A model generated the notes under the pieces. That model made no database searches. It was not told the origin of the DNA and was given only the letters and a program-made list of their open reading frames with translations. Source: Octopus sinensis (taxonomy: Eukaryota). Taken from it: a stretch of 64,000 nt of DNA. This document shows positions 44,266-57,650 of this stretch, in pieces. The stretch's first letter is position 1, and each line of letters opens with the position of its first letter. The stretch spans positions 84,754,001-84,818,000 of the forward strand of contig NC_043003.1 in the NCBI RefSeq assembly GCF_006345805.1, given 5' to 3'. The translations under genes were made by a program, and so were the position numbers.

Positions 44266-44307
<42 letters not shown>

Positions 44308-44612
44308 TGTAAATGTTATGATTACAGTGTTTTATGACATTTTAAAGACACCAAAACTTACAATGTTTCCTTCACTTCGTATTACCACTAATTATCATAA
44401 CATTTATATTTTCAGGTTCGGAATGTTCTGGTTTGACAGTTCTAAAAGCGATTCGCAATAAAAAGAATTATTTAATATCACCAGATTATCCCCATTTTTA
44501 TAGCAGGTATTCACAAATAATTTTTTCACATATATACCCAGAGACAAATTCACACAAGTAATGCATAAATGATAATATAGATGAAATTATATGTGTGCAT
44601 GTCTGTGTGTGC

Positions 44613-44647
<35 letters not shown>

Positions 44648-44813
44648 TGAATAATCCTAGTAAAAAAATTTATTTGACACTACTTTTAGAGTCCTGTCTC
44701 CCCAGCAGTAAATACTTGGCTGTATTTTGTTAAAATATCTTTAAAATACTAAATATAAACTTATACGTATGTATGTATGTATGTATGTATGTATGTATGT
44801 ATGTATGTACATA

Positions 44814-44856
<43 letters not shown>

Positions 44857-46296
44857 CATACATATACACACACACACATATATATATTCACATATATAAA
44901 CACATACAACATTTACACACACACATTCCTCATTTCGGCACTCCTGTTTTGGTTGATAGCTGTGAGTCACATCTTTTCTTTCTTACCCATGTGTCATCTC
45001 TGCATGATAGTTACAAGCTCTTAAAGCCGACACCGCCAGCCCTGCACTACCTCTTCTGCTGCTTCTCTCTCCTTACCATCCACTCTTCTCTCTGCAAAAA
45101 TAAATTCTATGTCCATCGCCATTTTCTTTTTATACTACGTATGCTACATCTTGGCTTTAATCCTGTCCATCATAAATCCGGTTTTTTTCTTCTCACTGGC
45201 TATTTGTCTTCCTTATTCTCTCAATGCGTCTCTCTTTATACTGAGGCGGACTAACGGCCGAAACGTTGTGATACTTTTTCTTTCAATTGAAATGTTAAGC
45301 CAATGCCTTATTTACGAAACTTTGTTCCCTTCGTATTTTCCGATTTATCGTTTACTATATGCAGGATTGAGTAGAAAGGGCGGATGTTTTTGAGAAATTC
45401 ACAAAATCATTAATTTTAGCTGTAAACAAATTTGATTGATATCAATGTATTCGTCTTGAATTAGCATTTGTCAAAATCAAGATTGAAAAACAACATCCAG
45501 CATGTGGTGTCCGTTTTCATTAATGCATTTCTGAAGGCGTTCTTGGCAGTTGGCCTTCACTCTCTCCAGCATTGCTCTGTCGATTTGAGTGACTTCTACG
45601 CGAATAGCTTCCTTCAAGTCATCCAATGCACGGGAACTATGCGCATACACACGTGGTTTGAGGTTTCTCTCGAAAAATAATCACACATGGACAAATCTGA
45701 GGACCGATGGGACCAATGAATGTCAGCAAATCTGGAAATGAGGCGGTCACCGAAGAGAGAGGGTGAAGAACGTCCATTGGTGCTCTGGCTGTGTAAGCAG
45801 GGTGGAAATGCTGGTCTTCATGCAAAATATGCCTTACCGATCGATTAATGATGCCAAGTCCAGTGGAATGCCTCCGAGCAGAGCGATTCGGACTTCGTAT
45901 CAAACTTTGTCTGACGCGTTCCACATTTTCTGGTACCCGTACCATTCGTGGCACTCCACCAGTCTCCTATTCATAAGTGCACCTCGTGTACGAAGAGCAT
46001 TCACCCAGTGTAAGATTGTATTACAGGTGAAAACAGCCTGATTTCGGTCAATGTTGAAGTGATGCCGTAACTCATGCTGAACTGCTGTGACAGACTAGTT
46101 ATTCTTCACATAACTGTCGTAGGTAAACACGCGATGCTCAATCGCCCGCAACGCTATGGCTTCACCTGAAAAGAAAACAAAATGCTAAGACACCACAGAC
46201 TGAATGGTACCTGTCAGATATATGACCCTCCCCTTGAGCTGAGTAATAGCCATTTCAAAAACGTCCGTCCTCTTTTCCCCACCCTTTATATGCACG

Positions 46297-46328
<32 letters not shown>

Positions 46329-47874
46329 TGTACGTATGTATGTATGTATACACACGTTTTCGTTTATAAACGAAGGGAAAGGACTCAATATGTTATAAAG
46401 TTTCAGACAAGTATAGTTGTACATGTGCGCTTATGCAGGCAATAATCAGCCAATTAAGCAGTGTATTTGGTAGAACATAAGAGAGGCGGATTCTCAATGG
46501 CCAATGTAGTCAAGTGGTAGTATATAATCCAGACCAGGGATAACAGTGTTGCTTTCGTAGTTACCCCACGAAACCTATCGTATTAGTTAGCAACAGCTTT
46601 TCGGGCGCACGAAAGTTGTCTAAGGAAAACTTTCTCTGATAGGGAGAATTAGTTACTATTTCTGTTCTCTGACTGAGGAATATCACGGATAAATTTAATA
46701 TATGATACTTTTCAGCAAGGCTTAGCCTACAGTGTGTTTGTGTGTGAATGTGTGTGTGTGAGCTTGTGTATATATATATACAATTGCATATATATATATA
46801 CATAACCAAACACGTATATATATATATGTATGCACATGTACATATATATATTATGTATATATACATACCTACATAGATACAAACACATACATACATACAT
46901 ATATACAAACATACGCACATACATACATACAGGGTAACTGCTGCATTTGCTGAGCATATAAATAGTTTAGCTGCTCGTTTATCTGGAGACTGTCAGAACA
47001 ATGTGGATGCTTCTGATGAGAGCCCAGTAAGGTTCGAAAATCAATTAAGGTTGTTCGTCATTATTTCAGTCTGCGGAAATAACGCTAAAATTTGCTCTGT
47101 TTATAATTATACCACATGTTACATATTTATTATATCATACCTTGATACTGTGTGGACTAAGATCCCCGTTGACAGGCCGCTGGAATTTATAGAGTTTGAA
47201 ACGATTTCGGTATGCAAATTAGAAACATCTTCATAGAGTAACTGCTGCATTTGTTGAGTATACAGACAGTTTGGCTCTTTGTTTTTCTGAAGACTGTCAG
47301 AATGATGTGGATACCTCTGATGTGAACCCAATAAGGATCGAAACTCGATTAAGGAATCCAGACGAACGGATATGGAAACAGTGATGCAAATAAACAAAGA
47401 TTACTTGGGTTTGGTATACAATGTGTGTGTATATTTTTCAGTCAGCGGAGAAATGTCTAAAACTTACCCTCTGTTACATACATACGTGAATATATATATA
47501 AATACATACATACTCAATAAACTCTAATACACATTCCATCTATTTTATTAAAACCATATATATATGTGTGTGTTTGTGTGTGTGTGTGTGAAACATTGTC
47601 TGTCTTTTTCCGTCCTTGTTTTTGTATACATTCGCTGCTTACTTCCAAGGAATATAATGCTCTTAGCTTAGTTTTTCCTTGGGGCTGACCAGATTGGAGC
47701 AATCTCAAGTATAATCAGCCGAAATTGCGAAGATAATCTGGAACTTGACTGAGGAAAGAATACTTCGAATGCCCCGTCCTTGTTTTCTTTGTATCGTTTA
47801 TCTGGATGTTTTGTTGTCCCATTTTTGTATCACCTAACTGTCCGTATGTTTTGCATTCTTGTCCCATTTTGTAT

Positions 47875-47914
<40 letters not shown>

Positions 47915-48471
47915 TACTCGTACATACACTTTTATTTTTCAGCAACCTCTCTTGTTCCTGGTTAATCACATCAACTACCGTTAACCGACCAATATATCTG
48001 GATGTTGTTGATTCAGACATTGAGTATTCTCAAAGCTGCATGAAGGATTATGTAGAAATATATCTGGGTTAGTTTCTTTGGTTTTTATATTTCTGCACAC
48101 TCTGCATTTATCATCCTCTCTCCCTCTCTCTCTCTCTCTTTATTTTTGCTTTGTTTTTCTCCCCCTACAAATATATACGCATACAGACATATCCATGAGA
48201 TTCATTTAAATTCTTCGCAGAATTAAAGTTGGACCACTCAAATGTACTCACCCCTTTGCTTGGTACATCAGCTCTCTGGAATTCACTTTTTGTCCATGCT
48301 TAGCTTAGAGTTACCAACTTGCAATATTGCTCTCGCAAATTTCAGAGAATCTTTGAAAGCTTTAGGCACAGAGTCTTCGACAAACAGACCATTATATTAA
48401 AAAATCTAAACAACTTCTTTTTCTGAGTTATAAAAAGCCCATCGATATGGGAATATATGGATACGGGTTCA

Positions 48472-48538
<67 letters not shown>

Positions 48539-48933
48539 AAATTCATAAGGGCAAACGAAAAAATTTCTAATGCCAAATATGCCGAAAAATTGGACATATT
48601 GTCCATTAACCATATAATTTTTTCACAATACGCACGCTACTCGAAAAAAGGTCGACAGAAATTTCTAAAAAATTCCATTATTACCATATCGGACCGATTT
48701 CAGGGTTAGCTCATAACAGCCCTCCCTTCGTCAGTGATACATGTGGCAAAAGAAATAAATGAGATACTTACTCATACCCATGGAAGAAGCAAACACTAAG
48801 TCATGAGCACAATTAAGTACCCCAAATACATCCAAAATAGAAATACTCCAGCCCATTCGAGACACGTGCGATTTGAACTGAGGCCCTCTAATGTAGGATA
48901 AATTTTTTTTCGAAAAATTTTTTATATATATAT

Positions 48934-49021
<88 letters not shown>

Positions 49022-49254
49022 TCAACAAGTGAAATCTAGGGATTCTCAATATTACAAAACACTAGCGCTCAAATGAATGATTTGAACTTAAACACCGAAA
49101 CCTTTACCGAGCACCGAGTCCGCAGGGTAAAGAGTGACTATAAGAGGAGTTCAGGTGAACGGATATGGAAACAGTGACGCAAATAAACAAAGACTACTTG
49201 GGTTTGGTATACAATGTGTGTGTGTGTATGTGTGTGTGTGTGTGTGTGTGAGTG

Positions 49255-49291
<37 letters not shown>

Positions 49292-52200
49292 AATAGAGAG
49301 AAAGCAAAGACTGAAATTTGGTAGACGATAATATATAGATATTTGTATAATAACAGAACATACTTACACAGAGTGCAAAGACAGAAAATTAAAGGGGAGA
49401 AGGTAAAGTGTCGCAAGTCGGACAACTTTTACTGGGGGCTCAGAGGTACTTCTTAATTTTGGTAGATGCTGCTCAACAGCTTTTGCTTTCTCTTTATTCA
49501 CATCTATACATGTATATATATTTTGTATATCTAACCCAAACAGTTTAATTTGTTTATTTGCATCACACTCTCTCTCCCTCCCCCCTCTCTCTCTCTCTCT
49601 CCATATATATATATATATATAGTTAAGCTCCCCCACCCGCCAAAAAAAAAAAACGAAGAACAAACACGATAAAAACAACAACGCGAGGACGTGATACATG
49701 CAAAATATTAAAAGACGCTCAGGGAAGGAAAGAAAGGTTGTTTTATATTTTGTGCAAAGCTCTTCTTCAGAAACAGGAGACAGAGGATAATATCCCAAGA
49801 GAAAGGGAAGACGGACCAAAAAAATCGCCAACAATCCTTTTCCTCTGTCTTCCTTTTTTGGTGGGGCCTACCCTGTATATGTACGTATATATGTATGTTG
49901 GTAGGTAGTTAGGAGGTAGGCAGGTAGGTAGGTAGGGAGGGAGTGAGGGAGGGATGGAGGTAGGAACGTATTTATTGGGATAGTATATCATTGAATCATA
50001 AGTTGTGAGGGTACGAATCCTGGGTCATCTTAATTCACAGTATATCTATAAGTTGGAGATTTATAGCCACTTTTCTTCATCGCATGTTTTTGTTTCGCCG
50101 ATGAGTGTTATAGCTCACACAAATTCATCTGCACCTAAAAATAATATACATTTAAACATATATTAGGTTGTCAAGAAAGTTCTTGCGGTTTTTAACCTTT
50201 AAATTCAGATGCACATATCTCAGCTCAAACAAAACTTCATTAATCAAATTAAACACCATCAGAATCAACACACTTTTGCCAACGCGAAAAAGTTTATTTA
50301 TGCCAGTAGTGTAAAAATCCTGCGTTCTGGTGGTGATCAAGATGTTGAATGCGTGTTTGGCATTGTCTTGGTTTTTGAAGCATTTCTCACGCAGGAAGTT
50401 GTTGAGATGCTTGAAAAAGTAGTAGTCGGTAGGTGAGAGGTCTGGTGAGTATGGCGGATGAGGCAGAGTTTCGTAACCCAATTTGTTCAACTTCTGTAGT
50501 GTTAGTTGTATGACGTGCGGCCGAGCGTTGTCGTTATCTATTGACCAATGCTGGCTGTTGTTGGAGTTTCTTATCCATTTCATCCATTTGCTGACAGTAT
50601 TTCTCCGCCGTAATGGTTTCGCCTGGATCCCAAAAGCTGTGATGGATGAGACCGGCCGCAGACCATCAATCAGTCACCATGACCTTCTTTTGGTGCAACT
50701 TTGGCTTCGGGAAGTGCCGTGGAGCTTCGTCAGCGTCCAACCACTGAGCTGAACCTCACCGGATGTCGTAAAGAACCCACTTTTCATCGCATTCCACAAT
50801 CCGGTCGAGAAACGAGTCGTTCTTGTTGCGTAAAAGAAGGGGAGACGACACTTCAAAACGAGGGTTTTTTTTTTTTGGGTTGTCGTTCAATTCGTGCGGC
50901 AACAATTTCTCAAGTATTTTTATTTTTCCAATCTCTTTCAAGTGGTTGGAAATTGTCGTATACGTTACGTCTAATTCAGAAGTAAGCTCTTGAACAGTTG
51001 TGCGTGGATTGGCTTCGACTAAGGCTCTTAGTTGATCGTTGTCAACATCCGATGGCTGAACACTACGCTAATCATCTTCAAAACTCTCGTCACCGCTACG
51101 AAATTTCTTGAATCACCATTATGCTGTACGTTCATTCGTGGTTCCTGAGCCAAACGCATCGTTGATATCGCGAGCTGTTTCAGCAGCTTTTCGGCCTAGC
51201 TTGAACTGGAATAAGAAAACTGTGCGAATTTGCTTTTAGTCCATGCTGCATTCAACGTTCCGGAAAAAAATGGCCTAATTATTCAAAAAGAAAAAGACTA
51301 CTACGATTAGATAGAGCGAAAAACAGGCTTTAAAATGATATATAAAGTCGAAATAACTTAACAAAAATTAATTTGAAAATACATCATTTAAAACCAAAAT
51401 TAAAAATTCTGCAAGAACTTTCTTGACAACCTAATATATTCATATATATTTATTGTAGTCGATTATACCTTAAAAGTTGTATTTTTTATGAGTTTCTATA
51501 ACCTAATCACTATTTCTACTGTTTTTTAAACTCTGTTCATTTCACAGAAATTTAAGCATTTGCAAAAATCAGAAGTGAGAGACACTATACACTAGAAAAC
51601 TTTATAACAGTAAAGTACTGCGAAAATTGAGGAGAAACAGCAAACAATAATTTGCAGATGCTCCTGTCACCAGCAAGGCCACAATGCATTGTTTGAAACC
51701 ACGGATAAAGTAGAAATGGAATATTTCGTCATAGATTTTTCATTCTCAGTTTAGTATAAAAATAATATACGTTGTTATTTTCTTTTCTTTAAAGGCCCGT
51801 CACGGAGTTCTCCAATTTTCAGTCGATGGTGTGGAGGAACAAGACGGAAGTTCTATACACATAGCCCCAATTTGTTTATTCATTTTCACACGGATGGCTA
51901 TTTCACAGGCAGAGGTTTTCAGTTGTCTTATTATCTTATACAAGGTATTCCTTATTTTATAATCTGCTTCTCTCTCCCTCTCTCTCTCTTTCTCTCTCCC
52001 TTTTACTTTGTTGCTTTACAACGCGAGTCACATATATCAAACATAAGATCCAAAAATATTGTTCACATTATTGTTATTCCTTTATTTGCACAGTGATACT
52101 CTTGTTAACTTTGGATCATTGAATAACCTGCCAATCAGATAGCTAGTAGTTTCCGCAGGATATTTACATCAAATAGATAGTAGTTTCCGCAGGATATTTA

Positions 52201-52857
52201 CTCTTCCCCAAAGTGCTATCTTTCACAAAGTCGTAATGTTAGGACAGATTCCAAATGTATCGAGGTCTTCCTGAAAGCATTTCTTCTTATCCTCCTCCTC
52301 CCCCTCCTCCTTCTCCTCCTCCTCCTCCTTCTTCTTCTTCTTCTTCTTCTTATTATTATTATTATTAAAGTAAGAGAGCAGTGCATGCCATCAATGTGAC
52401 ACTGGGGTAAAATGTACGAAGCCCAGTATACCCATCATGACTACCCCAGGCACACGCATCACAACCATATGTGTACGAGATAATGATCTCGTATCAAGAA
52501 AAACAATGCATGACCTTGTAGGTGGGACCCAGTTAGAATTTTCTTCAGGTTGAGTGCCCCATCCCGCTCAAGTGCTCGTTGAATAAGGGCTGTTTAAGAA
52601 TACTGAATGAAACACCTATGTCTTCAGAGGTAATAATAAGCCCCAAAGAATCCCTCTCCACACATGGCTATGATGCTCCCCTACTATTTCTGCTCGTGAT
52701 TAGATATGCACATATCATCAGCCACCGAGGAACATGCTCAAATGGTTAAGGTTAAACAACAGACAAGCAAATTTGTGGTATTGAGCATAGTATTTGCTGT
52801 AGCCCATCTTTTATACCAAGAAAAAAAACAATGTACATGATAACACTTCCAATCGGG

Positions 52858-52923
<66 letters not shown>

Positions 52924-53147
52924 TACTACTACTAAGGCGGTGAGCTGGTAGAATCGTTAGCACGCTGGACGTAATGCTTAGCGGTATTTCGTCCGTCGCT
53001 ACGTTCCGAGTTCAAGTTCTGCTGAGGTCGATTTTGCCTTTCATCCTTTCGGGGTCGATAAATTAAGTATCTGTTGAACACTGGGATCGATGTAATCGAC
53101 TCATCCCCTCCCCCAAAATTGCTACCCTTGTGGTAAAATTTGAAACA

Positions 53148-53179
<32 letters not shown>

Positions 53180-56100
53180 CATTATCATCTTCAGTATTAG
53201 TGTCGAACGCCTTTGAAGGAATGTGACTTGGTTGCAGGGGGTAAAATCAACGCCGACATATCGGTTGGTTTGTGGTTGGGCTCCTGGAGAGGCCTTTATG
53301 TCTGTCTCTGTATTGTCCCCCTCATCTTTTGCCCTTGTGGCAAATAAATGAAATTATTATTATTATCATTATTATTATTGTCATCGATAGCGTTTACTAA
53401 AGAGTTAGCAATAGAAAGGAATAGAATAGAAGGTGAACTAGTTAGCAAATTAGAAGTGATTGAAAAGGGTATTGCGACCGATGTGTTTGCGGCGAGAATG
53501 ACCCTTGATCATTTCTTCGAAGCGAAACACGAAAGTCGCGGTGTTAGAGCTAAGGCCCGTGTGCTCAAACAGAAGGTACTGTCTGACAGGCCCGAACGGT
53601 GGAGACGCGACGTGGAAACAAAACCACGATCAGGTCTTTGACGGATCAGGTTGTTTTATCTCCGATTTGGTAATATGAATTGTCATAAAAGGTCAGACAT
53701 TCACTGCTGCATGGCGCCATTCAATTTTTAATCCATTTTAAATATAAATACGGAGTTCTCCCCTTTGTGTTTAATGTCCCGAATTACTCATTAAGCTCGT
53801 GTTCGTTTCTTCTCACTACTTGTATAATTCTAATTAATATTCTTAGTTATATTATACTTTTTATTATAACAATCACCTGTTTGTGTTTCATGCTATACTA
53901 GGGTAACCATCTAGTAAATCTATTCTAGTATTATATTTTCCCCTTAAAACAAAAGCTTAATTTTAAACACAAACCTCTCCTTTATTCCATTACCTGAACG
54001 ATATATTTCACCTGAACACGATATTAAACTTTTGGTCTGATTAATATAGATCAATTATACTAAGATCTGGCTGTGCTAGCGCCCTCGACCCCTAAATTCC
54101 AAGAGTTTACACAGAATTATCACCATATTAAATTCACCTTTCAAGTTTCATTTTGTTTTTTCGTTTGTATTTGTTTTCATGAATTCGAAAATTCTTCAAT
54201 CTACGTAATATTTTCCCTTTTGCTTAGCTCTTTCATTATTTTGCTTTAATTATCTTTGATTATTTTGCTTCTGCACCAGTTTTAGAAATACGTTTGCAAT
54301 AAATACTGGATATAAACGTTTGACTAATATCGTAGTCAAGAACTAAAGTTTATATTTCTTCATCTTCATCAGCTGATACTGTCTGCGAGAAACCGATTTA
54401 TATAACAGTTCTGGAGAACATATGGCACACTCTTACTTCCCCTTATTATCCAATGGTCTATGAAGGGTAAGTTATTCTGGTTTTATCATTTTTGTTTTCA
54501 TTATGTTTGTAAGATTAATTGTGAACTAGATATTTTTAAAAGGCTCTTGCAATTTGGCAGATATCGTGCTTTCTTCAAATCAAGACAATAACTTTCATCA
54601 TAAAGTCTGAACTTGTTTTACTAACCTACAATCGAATCGTATATTTTAAGCATATCTTTTAGAACATCAAAACTCAGGCAATATATTTTTTAAAGATTTT
54701 AGAAAATATATTTTTTTCCAGGAACGTAACTTGCACGTGGATAATCGAAGCTCAAAATCCTGTTCATTTTGTGGAGTTACAAGTAGACGACTCGGAAATT
54801 GAAGAATCTGTTGAATGTGTTTATGATTCTCTGAGCATCTATGATGGTAAGCGTCAAAAAAATGTTTGTGAGGAATAGTGAAATAAGCCGTTCTGCAATC
54901 TTTTAAAAAATGTTTTTAATGAATCAGTTGTGCTCGCACCATTGGGCCACTCCAAGAGATTCTGATGAAAGTGAGCACAACTATAAAGTTAGATAAGCTT
55001 TAAAATATGCAGCGCTACTGATTCAGTAAAAGCATATCACGACTATAATTTAGGAGTAATTCAAGAAAAAAAAACAGATATGGTAAAAGAAGGACTTCAT
55101 AAAACTCAAACAACAATCTCATAGAAAAAATACTGTACGGTTAATTTCTAGTATTTAAAGAGCGCCCAATGTGAGTTAATATCTTCAGGCCAAGTAAATT
55201 TTTTCGTCACTTGCAATAATATAGAGCTGTCAATGTTTGTTCATTCTATGTGGTTCAGAAATAATTGTGTTGGTCTTGAATACAGTGATGAATTAAATGT
55301 ACATTCTTACTTTGCGCAGTCAAATATGATACAACAGGAAATTTCCCAAGAACAATTAAATTATAGTGAAACTCCCATTGTGTAAATATAATTATTTGCA
55401 GAAACGGCAATTTCAATTGACGTTATGTTGGTGGCAAATTAGTATTTTAGCTAAAAAGAAATTTAACTTAAATGGACAAAAATAAATTAGTTCGTACACA
55501 CACACACACATACATAAATGAATTACATGCTGCTTTTTTTCTGGTTTTCCTTCTTTTCAGGTAATGAATCGAATTCTTCTTTAATAAAACATTGGTGTGG
55601 AACAGAGAAGCCAAACATCCTAAGCAGTCAATCAGTAATTCGGATTGAATTCCATACAGATGTTTCCTATGAATACAGAGGGTTTAAATTCAGACTTAGA
55701 TCAGTTGACCCACGTAAGTTTTCCATCTCCAAATTATTGTTTGTCGAATGGTGTTGTATAGCAAAAATAGAATCATGCAAGATGTACTGGTGGCTGATGG
55801 TATGAAACTGCATAAATTCTAAATTCCGATTTCAATCGTTGCTGGCGTTCATCTTTCTTATCGCCTCTCCGGGTCTCTAAATAAGTACTTGTCATAAAAT
55901 ATACGTCGATTCACTCCACTATGCAGTGGATATACTGCTTTGCACCAATATCACCTTTAGAAATATGTTTGACCATTGGGTTTCAGGAGTTAATTGCTAG
56001 AAATTATATGCTGTTTTGTCACAAAGATGGCAAATTTGCAGAGCTGTTAGAGCCCTATAGATAACAACTCGCTGTACATTTTCCCACTCTCTGAACTTTG

Positions 56101-57091
56101 AGTTTAAACCCTGCAAGTTCATGTTTACTTTGCACCATTTTTGGGTCGGTGGGAAAATACTAACCTAAAGCAGTGGGTTGGCGGAACTAACAGACAGACG
56201 AGTGGATACCTTGCGGTGTCTGTTCCAGATCTTTGCACTCAGACGGGAACGTCTGTGAAGTTACTAGTGCCGTGGTTGTATTAGCCTTAAAGTGACAGGG
56301 TTTCTTTTGGTCTACACCGGTAGCAGTGGAGAGAAGAGACTTGCATGCACAGACAACTGTCAGTCTTCCACACAAAAATAAACCTTACTCAAGCGTACGC
56401 ATACTAATTAAAATCCATGGTGAAGTTAGACCGTCGGATTCCTCATTATTTATTAACTTTCATAGGTTAACACTATAACAGTGAAATGATCAACGAACTT
56501 GCTATATATAACAGTAAATCATACTTCGCCGTTTTACAAATGATGTTTGAAGACATTGCCTATAGCACTCTGGAATACACTATGCCTAAAAATAAATCAA
56601 GATGTTCGCAGCTGGAATAATCTTATTCAATATTTAGTCCTCAAGGAGAATTTTTAATACAAATAAAAGTAAATGAAAGAAATTAGTAGAAAAGTCCATA
56701 TCTATTAAATATATGTTCAGCGCTAAATATTATAGTAATCATTATTATATCATATGTTACATATATATTATGCCATACCTTCATACTGTGTGGACTAAGA
56801 TCTCCGTTAACGGACCGCTGGTATTTATAGAGTGTTAAACACTTTCGGTATGCAAATTAGGGACACCTTCATAGAGTAACAGCTGCATTTGTTGAATATA
56901 TAAACAGTTTGGCTGCTTGTTTCTCTGGAGACTGTCAGAATAATTTAGACTCCTCTGATGAGAACCCAATAAGGTTCGAACAATCGATTATGGTTGTTCA
57001 TCATTTTTTGTTTCAGCCTGCAGAGAAATGGCTAAAATTTGCCCTGTTTATAATTGTACCATATGTTACATATATATATATACATATATAT

Positions 57092-57166
<75 letters not shown>

Positions 57167-57219
57167 CATACATACATATACGCACACATATGTATGTATG
57201 TACCCATTTATGGATATAC

Positions 57220-57250
<31 letters not shown>

Positions 57251-57618
57251 AGGGGAGATGTATAGTTGAATGGGTAAGAACAACTACGAGTTCTGTGTGC
57301 AGTCTCGTAACGTGGACAAATGTCATTTTCTATAGCCTCGGATCGAACCATGCCTTCTGAGTGAAATTGATTAAATGAAGACTGTATTGAAGCCTGTCGT
57401 TTATATCGTACCTGTAATTCAAAAGTTAGAACCCAGTCATATACAGTATCAAACTGATTTTGCCTGAGAATCATGCTAAGGATGCACGTATCCCTAGACT
57501 ACGAAGCTACTCAGCAGCGTTAATTCAGGAGCAGGTTAATAAGTTGATCGAACAACTGAATCCTTCGGGTCGTACGACAAGCATTTATCAGTGGTGTGTG
57601 TATGTGTGCGCGCGTGTG

Positions 57619-57650
<32 letters not shown>

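Noticed and set aside
47680-47785. GGCTGA/TCAGCC-GAAA and CTGAGGA-AAG AATA CTT-CGAAT motifs (related copy at 23150-23220, minus)
   Set aside because: The cores are non-canonical (GAAT, missing CTGANGA), so they cannot be called ribozymes without a family consensus; probably a decayed PLE-type repeat.
53348-53641. ORF with a signal-peptide-like start ([13 protein letters not shown]...)
   Set aside because: The Leu run is translated (TTA)n microsatellite, and the remainder has no recognisable domain.
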